From: Trypanosoma brucei
Taxonomy: Eukaryota
DNA: 64,000 nucleotides
Direction: 5' to 3'
Assembly: GCA_000002445.1 (NCBI GenBank)
Contig: CM000208.1
Span: 1,184,001-1,248,000 of the forward strand
The notes under the pieces: model-generated
Seen by the model: the letters and a program-made list of their open reading frames with translations, nothing else
Told to the model about the DNA's origin: nothing
Databases searched by the model: none
In this document: positions 55,761 through 64,000 of the stretch, in pieces
Layout of the letters: the number at the start of each line of letters is the position of its first letter
Numbering within the stretch: the first letter of the stretch is position 1
Made by a program: the position numbers and the translations under genes

Positions 55761-56023
55761 TTAGCGATTAGCGGTGCATTGATGTTCACTTGTTGCCGCG
55801 TTTCGATTTTTTTTTTGTGTGGGTATGCAGGCATACATATAATTATTGCTTACGCTGTCAATGTACATCCATCTACGTGGAGGTTCATCATCAGGGAGGG
55901 ATTGCCCAGTAAAAATATATTTATGTATCTGTTTTGGCTGATTTTACTCGCTTTTTCTTTAGCTTCCAGGTTGATTTTGTCTATATACCTATTTTACTGT
56001 GCCTTTTCAATCCGTAGTCTGAG

Positions 56024-58264
56024 ATGAGGAGGTTTTGTGATGTCGTCTTTTATCCGAACCGATTTTACCGATTGGCGTCGTCGGCTTTCTTAAAAAACAT
56101 TGATAAGCTTCGAAATATCGGTATCAGCGCACACATTGACAGTGGAAAGACAACTGTCACTGAACGAATCCTTTTTTATACCGGTAGAATCGACAAAATC
56201 CACGAAGTTAAAGGGGGATCAGAGGTTGGTGCAACAATGGATTCGATGGAACTTGAAAAAGAAAGGGGGATAACAATCCGTTCCGCCGCAACACAGTGCA
56301 AATGGGGTGATCATTTGATTAATATAATAGACACCCCTGGACATGTCGATTTTACTATTGAAGTGGAACGTGCCCTTCGTGTCCTCGACGGTGCAGTGAT
56401 GCTGATGTGCGGAGTCGGTGGTGTGCAGAGTCAGACCCTTACGGTGGACAGACAGATGAAGAGGTATGGTGTGCCCCGTGTTTGTTTTATCAATAAACTA
56501 GATCGTGACAATGCTAACCCTAGGCGTGCATTGGAAATGGCGAGGGAACGCTTGGGGGTGAATGCCGCATTTATTCATCTCAATATGGGAGTTGCACAAG
56601 ACTTTGAAGGTGTTGTCGACGTCATAGAGTCCCGTGCTGTATACTTTGACGGTAAAAATGGGGAAAAGATCCGATTTGAGGATATACCAAGCTACATTGC
56701 CGATGACGTGGTGGCAACACGAAAGGAGCTTATATCAAGATTGGCTGACTGTGATGCCGAAATGGAAGATGTTTTCTTAAACGATGTGGAGCCTACAGCA
56801 GAGCAGATTCACTCAGCGATTCGGCGCACCACGATTGCAAACAAGTTTGTGCCTGTGTTAGTGGGTTCAGCCTACAAGAACAAAGGCATACAACTTCTTC
56901 TTGATGCCGTCTGTCGTTACCTACCTTCCCCAATGGAGAAGCCAAATTCGGGTTACTCGGTGACCAAGGTAAAGGACGATGAAGGTAACGTTGCCAACGT
57001 TAAGGGCGAGATCGTTCCTTTAGCGACTGATGACGAAAAACCTCTCGTGGCAGCTATATTTAAGCTTGAGGAAACGAAGAAAACCGGCCTTCTTAATTAC
57101 ATTCGTGTTTACCAGGGTAAAATGAGAAGGGAACATTTAATGAATGTTCGTAGCGGAAAAACGTTTCTTCCTCAGAAGCTGGTCCGTATGCACGCGAATT
57201 CCACCGATCAGATCGATGAAGTGAGGGCGGGTGACATATGCGCTATCCAGGGTGAAATCGATGCGTCATCTGGAGATACTATCGTGAAGGCAGGTGTGAC
57301 GGCCGGTCAACTAATTACTTGTGAGGACATGTATGTACCACCACGTGTCATTTCCGCGTCAGTCAAAATCAACAATGACCGCGACAGTAGCAAGTTGAGA
57401 GAGCGAATGGGCGCATTCATGCGGGAGGACCCGACTTTCTGTTTTTATCGTAACACGGAAACAAATGAGGATATCGTCGAAGGCATGGGGGAACTTCATC
57501 TCGATATATACATTGAGCGCTTGAAGCGCGAGTATGATCTTGAAGTGGTGTTGGGCAAACCGACGGTCAACTATCGTGAAGTGATCACTGAGAGAAAGGA
57601 ATTTGATTTCGTTTACAAAAGGCAAAGTGGTGGTGCAGGACAGTGGGCCCAACTGAAGGGATTCATCGATGTGCTACCCATTGATATGTCGGTGGAGAAA
57701 GGAGTGAAAAACAAGGTTACCGTAAAGTGTTCCAACGGGGATGTACGTGAGGCCTTACAAAAGTCTGTCGTCAAACAGCTGGAGAGGAAAATTTTTGTGA
57801 AGGGGGAGTTGATGGGCGCTCCTGTATGGGGCGTTCACTTTCACCTTAGCGGGGGTGCGATGCATGAGGTGGACTCGACAGACTTAGCATTCAGGAACGC
57901 AACTCAAGAGCTGTGGGAGACGCTCCTTCCTCAGTTAAAACCTACACTTGTTGAACCCTACATGGTTGTGGAGATTACAGTTCCATCGACTTGCATGACT
58001 GATGTGAGCACTGAGTTTGCAAAGCGTGAAGGCGTTGTTACAGAGACGACTATTAGCGGAACAGATGCTATAATTCGTGGAGAGACAGCTCTGGATACAA
58101 TGTTTGGGTTCATTTCTGATCTCCGCAGACTTACAAAGGGTCAAGGGGATTTTGGCATGCAGTTTAAGGAGTACCGACCGATGCAGCAGTACAAAGCGCA
58201 ATGTCGCATGGACGAGCGGAACAAAGACCTTGGTCGTAAGCTGTACAGGTTGAGTGGACAGTAA
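56024..58264 (+). CDS. Mitochondrial elongation factor G (EF-G1) (746 aa)
   Basis: GTPase motifs G1-G4 (AHIDSGKTT, DTPGH, NKLD); EF-G domains II-V collinear; N-terminal ~35 aa presequence-like (MRRFCDVVFYPNRFYRLASSAFL). Confidence 0.9.
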   Translation: MRRFCDVVFYPNRFYRLASSAFLKNIDKLRNIGISAHIDSGKTTVTERILFYTGRIDKIHEVKGGSEVGATMDSMELEKERGITIRSAATQCKWGDHLINIIDTPGHVDFTIEVERALRVLDGAVMLMCGVGGVQSQTLTVDRQMKRYGVPRVCFINKLDRDNANPRRALEMARERLGVNAAFIHLNMGVAQDFEGVVDVIESRAVYFDGKNGEKIRFEDIPSYIADDVVATRKELISRLADCDAEMEDVFLNDVEPTAEQIHSAIRRTTIANKFVPVLVGSAYKNKGIQLLLDAVCRYLPSPMEKPNSGYSVTKVKDDEGNVANVKGEIVPLATDDEKPLVAAIFKLEETKKTGLLNYIRVYQGKMRREHLMNVRSGKTFLPQKLVRMHANSTDQIDEVRAGDICAIQGEIDASSGDTIVKAGVTAGQLITCEDMYVPPRVISASVKINNDRDSSKLRERMGAFMREDPTFCFYRNTETNEDIVEGMGELHLDIYIERLKREYDLEVVLGKPTVNYREVITERKEFDFVYKRQSGGAGQWAQLKGFIDVLPIDMSVEKGVKNKVTVKCSNGDVREALQKSVVKQLERKIFVKGELMGAPVWGVHFHLSGGAMHEVDSTDLAFRNATQELWETLLPQLKPTLVEPYMVVEITVPSTCMTDVSTEFAKREGVVTETTISGTDAIIRGETALDTMFGFISDLRRLTKGQGDFGMQFKEYRPMQQYKAQCRMDERNKDLGRKLYRLSGQ

Positions 58265-59992
58265 GTGCCTGATCTGTGGCGTTAATCACGACGAAAATAA
58301 TAACAAATTATTCGTTTGTTAATCATTAGCTAGGGCAACGTCTTTTTTTTTTTTCAAAGCACGAAGTCGCGTGTTTACAGAGTTTTTTTTAGGTGGTAAA
58401 GGAACTGGACCTAATCTAATATACTGTCGTGGGGAGGCTGTTTTCTCCTCTGACAAAGTTCGGCGCTAAAGACGGTCTCTCTTACCCTCCTTCACACATC
58501 ATGGAAGGAAGTCTACATCGGCTCTGTAATGATTTTGGGTTTGAGCAAGTAAGCCTAGTTTTTCATTTTTTTATCTTCGTAAAGCTACAGCTTCTCTGTA
58601 ACCATTTGCTTCCTTCTATTGTGTCGCGTCGTGTACGTTCTGTTTTGCCCTTACTCTTATGACCGGTATCGTGTGAGATGTCTGTATTCGTGTCGAGGTT
58701 TCTGTGCATGTGTGTTAGATAGCGGTGCCATCTTTCTTTAGTAGTTATCACCGTAGATAATGTGTCTGGTATCGTTGAAAGTCCTCAGTAAATCTCCACA
58801 TCTAGTGGAGAGGAACTACTGATATTGTTCGCACCGCAATTTCTTTTGGGAGGGGTGTCCTCCATCGCAGGTTTTGGAGGAGATGGTTCCCCGCTTGCTA
58901 CACCCCTTGCGGATGTGGGCGAACTGACAATGCCAGATACACCCACCTCAGTGGGGCGACGCCCGGTTGTCGTTATGGTTTCCCCCTCTCACACTCGGTT
59001 GCTGCTGGGGTTTGAAGGCAATCTTGCAACAGGGTGTGCGCTTATTTACGTTTCTTGCGAGGGGAAGTTTGAGTCTGACAGGAAGCTCACCCGGTGGTTC
59101 TCACAGGGACGAGGTGCAAGTTCATTTGTGGAGGGAAAATAGCCTTGGTTTCGCGTAGATGGGCTATGCATTGGCTGGGAGTACACTCTCGATACCGTTT
59201 GTACTTTACCGACGCTACTTGGGCGGCTCTCCCATCCCTTGTGTAGTGTCATTTATTCGCGGCACTGCGGAATGGATATTAGTTTGGCATGCTTTCACAT
59301 ATCAGGGGTGACAACGGGAGTATCGCTTCGGTTTAACGTGGTGACCTCTCCGCTGACCCTATGATGGTACTCGATGCGGTTTGGCGAAAGGCGCGGCACA
59401 CCAACAGGTGCGGCAGTCTGTGAAAAAACGCTATTTTTTTTGATCACCGTAGTAAGCTTGTGATACATTAAGATGGAGTTTCAGGGGAGGTTTTTGCTGG
59501 GGTAAAGGTTTTTCTTATGGTGAAACATTTTCTCTCGGGTTGGCTTCAAATTCGTAGTTCTCCAACTACTGTTCGGTGGTTTACAAAATTGTTTTACAGG
59601 AATGCGGGTACATTGTTCACTTGTCGTAAAAAAAAAAAAAAACTGTCGTGCTTGCTGGTTGCATCGGGGATTTGTGCCTTGATTCTCTTCAGAGCGGTTG
59701 AGTGCGAGCATGAGCACGGAGACCTATGCCACCAAAACGTATGCATACAGGCGACATGTTGATAGTCCTCTGAGAAATCAAAGTTAGCAACACTTACCAC
59801 GGAGTAGGTGTAAAAAGAATAATAGCAGATGGACGCGGTTGCCATTTGCATTTTCGTTCAACGTCTGCAAATAGCAGTTAACAATAAGCTTCTTTTTTTT
59901 TTTCACTTTCCAGGTTCAAAATAGCCCCTTGAATTGCATGCTCCTGCAGCTTGAAGTTCCCGTGTATTTTCTGAGGGCGAGACATTTATAAC

Positions 59993-60395
59993 GTAAAAGT
60001 GGTATTATTTTCAGATACATCGCCTCTTTCCCTCTATCTCTCTCTCTCTCTGGCGGACGTTTATTTTTGTTTTATACACACCTCCAGTGGTAATTTGTTT
60101 TTCTTGTATTCTCTGCGTGCTGAGGTTCCACTTTGTTCCATTCCATGTTATAGAGTAGTGTGAACTCAAATGTGTGAGGGAAATAAGAGCTGTCTGATTA
60201 TCTTCTGTGTGTGTGTTTGTGTGTTTGTGTTTGTTCGGGAAGTTCACGTGCAGAAGTTTATGTGTTACATTATTTTAATATTACCTCCTTGGGTATCGGC
60301 ACCTCAACCTCGGCATGTGCCTCGTGTGTTGTGTTGCATCTGTTATACTTTGCTGTTGTTGCCCCGTCGGATATACGTAATCTCTTCTTCTTTCG
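59993..60395. repeat. ~400-bp dispersed repeat, copy B (reverse complement of copy A at 21866-22268)
   Basis: See copy A; ends ~120 bp upstream of the eIF4E-family ATG; contains (GA)n and (GT)n-like microsatellites and a pyrimidine-rich 3' end. Confidence 0.9.
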
Positions 60396-60501
60396 GTGTG
60401 ATGGATTTGAACTTGGTTAAGTAAGAAACGACAATTGGGAGAAATAGTTGTGACTGACGGAAACCCTGGCAGGACAGGGAACAAGGGACATTCTTCAGTA
60501 A

Positions 60502-61113
<612 letters not shown>

Positions 61114-61969
61114 GTTTCGACACAGGTGATGTGATTGTAGTTCGTTATGTAGGGTGCGATCCCTGAAGACGCATATTTGCATGTTTGATTGCTGGGGCAG
61201 CAGCTTGTTGCACGGATCAAATGTCACCCGGGATGCGAATTAGATAATGGGATCGACCTCTACCACATAGTAGCTGTTGCAGCTGTTACAGCCAGAAACA
61301 ACTACTTGGTCCTGTTTTCACTCATTCCTCCTTTCAAGCTGGTTTCTAGTGCGACTGTAAACGAAATGGGAATTGCCATTTGGGTGTACCGCAAGTGGGC
61401 ACGGTCGTCACCGTCTCTGCGCACGAATTTGTTGTGGCTGCCGTGTCCCTAGGCAATTTTTTCCTATTTTGTGGAGGCTGCTGCCGGTAACAGAGGGACC
61501 GGAGGAAGGACGCTATCTTGCAGTTTATGCTTGTCATTCCCTTTTTCTTTAATCTATGCGTTTGAAATCCTGTACGGCAGGTGCTGTTTGGTGGTCAATG
61601 TGTGACTATGGTGGGTGTTATATCTGGTGTCTATGCAGGTGAGTAATATCGCGGGGAAGAGGAGGATGGATATCAGAGTGATAGGGGTGAATAAGCTATA
61701 CCAGGGGATCGAGTGGGCAGAGGAGCCCACGTGGGTTTTGTAATTGTTAGTGTTAGTATTGCAGCCGACTTCGTTAATTGTACAGGTGGTGCCACATCTG
61801 AATGTTTGGTAAGGGTACTTGTCCGTGATTTGTTGACAACAGTTGTTCACGTCCCTCTTTCTTTATTTGATATAACTGTGGAATTGGGGACTTTCGTGCA
61901 CCTCGTGTATGCATGATGCTATATTTTTGTTGCTTACTATGTACTTGCTTATTATTGGACAAAGGAAGC

Positions 61970-62425
61970 ATGCTGGTTTTCGTCAAGTTGGCTGGCGGTA
62001 AGACAACCGCTGTACAAACGGCCGCCGACGACACCGTGGCGAGCGTCAGGGCGAAGGCAGGTCTAGGTGAGAATGATCTCCTCTTCTACGGCGGTGAGTG
62101 CCTGTGCGACGGTGCATTGCTGTGCGACTACGCGCTGAAGCGGGAGAGCACCATCCAGGCGATGCTCCCGGTTGAGGGTGGTAAGGGCAAGAAAAAGAAG
62201 AAGAAGGTTTTCACGAAGCCGAAGAAACCCATTCACCGTCACAAACTCGAGAAGATGCGTGCGTTGAAGTACTTCAAAGTCACGGAGAACGACGACGGCT
62301 CATTCAAGGTGGAACGCACGCGTGACGAGTGTCCGAACCCGAACTGTGGCGCTGGCGTCTTCATGGCGCAGCACAAGGGACGAAAGTACTGTGGTAAGTG
62401 TCACCTGACGTACACCATGAAGTAA
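61970..62425 (+). CDS. RPS27A: Ubiquitin-like–ribosomal protein S27a fusion (~151 aa from MLVFVKL… at 61970)
   Basis: C-terminal S27a Zn-ribbon (…[28 protein letters not shown]) preceded by K-rich linker and divergent ubiquitin-fold domain ending …VEGG. Confidence 0.8.
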   Translation: MLVFVKLAGGKTTAVQTAADDTVASVRAKAGLGENDLLFYGGECLCDGALLCDYALKRESTIQAMLPVEGGKGKKKKKKVFTKPKKPIHRHKLEKMRALKYFKVTENDDGSFKVERTRDECPNPNCGAGVFMAQHKGRKYCGKCHLTYTMK

Positions 62426-62722
62426 TTCCGAAAAGCAGCTTCAGTGCTCCCTCCTGTTACTTTATATTCATTTTGGTTTCTCTCTCTATATAGCACTCTT
62501 AATGCTGGATATTTGTTGTATTGCCCTTCAGACCTTTCCACAAGGTGGAGGGGGGACAGGTGTTATTTTGGAAACGTCGCTCCTTTTCTACCACTTGTCA
62601 ATGCTGATCTCTTTCCCGTTTCAAAAAAATTTCGAATCGTTAACAAACAAACAAACAAAACGTAGCTTGCCCCTTTTGAATTATACGTGTTGTTGTTGCC
62701 TTCGCGTCGGTTGTCCACAGCA

Positions 62723-63595
62723 ATGGGTTTGGAGGATATTGATGTAGATGACCCACCTCTCACGACGTCTGCGACACCACAGACCCAGAAGCAATGCTCA
62801 TCAACTTTGCCTAACCCGCCTGTTACCAATGTTGTCAAGGGTGCCTCAGCGCCCGTCGATCTCGTCGATTTGTTTGGTGATTTAAATGTTTCAACTGCTA
62901 CCCCTGTGGTGGTAACGGCGGCGACTGTGGGGGCCGCAACCAACAGCAAGAACCAGGCACATTATGCTGGAAATACCGCCGACGATGATTTTGAGTGGGT
63001 TACTGCGAAACCAAGTGTAGCGCCACCATTGGCACCGAAGAGTTATCAGGGAAATGCTGGAACCTCTAACGACCCCCTTGATAGCTTTTTCTCTCAGGCC
63101 GTTCCCACCCCCGCCGCTACAGAGACTGCAAAACCTCCCGACTCTTCTAATGATCTGTTCGACTTCTCGGAGCCGGTTGAACGCGTTAAGTACACAAATG
63201 AGAACACCTTACTAGAGGCTTTCGCAAATCAAGGCAAAGCAAATCAGGGTGGTGGGAGTAAGGGACCGACACTCGCTGACCTTAGCAAAGGGTCTTCCGA
63301 CAATGTGGTGAAGGCTCGCTTGTTAAAGTTGATGAATTACTACGATGTTCTTGGAGTTACGCCTGATGCCACAGAGGCCGTTATACGTCAGAGGTTTAAG
63401 AAGAAAGCACTTGAACTCCATCCTGATCGCGTCGGGCGGGACCAGACACCAGAAGAAGTGGAGTTGTTCAAAGTGATGACGAAGGCACACGAGGTTCTTA
63501 CAGATCCAGAAGAACGGGCGAAGTATGATGCTCAGCTTTTGGGTGGTGTGCCGAGCGGTAGCCCCGATTCTGATTGGTTCTTTCCACCGAGTTGA
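62723..63595 (+). CDS. J-domain (DnaJ) protein, J domain C-terminal (~290 aa from MGLEDIDVDD… at 62723)
   Basis: C-terminal J domain YYDVLGVTPDATEAVIRQRFKKKALELHPDR…KYDAQL with HPD; N-terminal two-thirds low-complexity/acidic. Confidence 0.7.
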   Translation: MGLEDIDVDDPPLTTSATPQTQKQCSSTLPNPPVTNVVKGASAPVDLVDLFGDLNVSTATPVVVTAATVGAATNSKNQAHYAGNTADDDFEWVTAKPSVAPPLAPKSYQGNAGTSNDPLDSFFSQAVPTPAATETAKPPDSSNDLFDFSEPVERVKYTNENTLLEAFANQGKANQGGGSKGPTLADLSKGSSDNVVKARLLKLMNYYDVLGVTPDATEAVIRQRFKKKALELHPDRVGRDQTPEEVELFKVMTKAHEVLTDPEERAKYDAQLLGGVPSGSPDSDWFFPPS

Positions 63596-64000
63596 GTGTA
63601 ATATACCCTCTTTGTTTTGTGCTTGCTTCATTTTTTTTTTTGGTATGTAGCGCGAGTGGATAAACTCATATTAGCGGTCACCGTGTATGGTACGCGACGC
63701 GGTTGAGTACATACATGTTTCTTTTGCGAATGCATGGTTTCCTGTATCTCCCACTCTTCATGTTTCTTGGTGTGCGCGTGTGTCCGTGTTCTTTACACCG
63801 CCGTGATCGACTGTCTACTTGTTGGTCCGCAGCAGACGTCCAGTGAGGACGAGGCCTCCGCCTGAGGCATTCCACGAAATCACGGTGTAGAGAAAACGTT
63901 TGAGTGCGCATTTATTAATATGTACCAAAAAAAATGTTTGGTTGCTCTGTGATAATAGAAGGAAAGAGATGATGGCGTGACTCACTTCCTCGTGGTACGC

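Noticed and set aside
58825-59142. 105-aa plus-strand ORF in the 2.2 kb gap between mitochondrial EF-G and the eIF4E-family gene
   Set aside because: No recognisable motif, Gly/Ser/Pro-rich, surrounded by GT-rich non-coding-looking sequence. Could be UTR. Needs expression data.
60170-60424. 84-aa ORF (and mirror ORFs 21850-22089, 22090-22425, 60011-60247) that look conserved between two loci
   Set aside because: The conservation comes from the ~400-bp inverted DNA repeat, not protein-level selection. The frames are Cys/Leu/Val-rich translations of (GT)n/(GA)n-containing sequence.

Overview
This 64 kb window looks like a kinetoplastid (Trypanosoma-type) chromosomal core region. Evidence: intron-less genes packed into two long same-strand arrays, purine/pyrimidine tracts and (TA)n microsatellites between genes, and recognisable trypanosomatid orthologues (CRK3, mitochondrial EF-G, eIF4E-family, NDR kinase, PP2C, NOP10, EMC3, VPS25). 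About 27 genes run on the minus strand from ~45.98 kb down to the window start. About 8 genes run on the plus strand from ~51.57 kb to the end. They are separated by a ~5.6 kb gene-free divergent strand-switch region (~45.98-51.57 kb), the presumptive bidirectional RNA pol II transcription start region. That region carries mirrored strand-composition skew: C+A-rich on the left, G+T-rich with G-runs on the right. Things worth a second look: (i) a ~300-bp tandem array (18.26-19.35 kb) inside the minus-strand unit that contains two intact C/D-box snoRNA-like units on the transcribed strand; (ii) a ~400-bp, ~97 % identical inverted repeat pair lying just upstream of the start codons of two unrelated genes 38 kb apart on opposite strands; (iii) a 704-aa ORF fusing a canonical mitochondrial-carrier module to a second degenerate carrier-like module; (iv) a signal-peptide + saposin-like + GDSL-lipase protein with AOAH-like architecture; (v) a 63-aa NOP10 gene hidden in a 2.9 kb low-complexity intergenic stretch; (vi) several ORF-track start codons that over-extend into upstream sequence. 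No tRNA, rRNA or CRISPR was recognised. All functional calls rest on remembered motifs, not searches.
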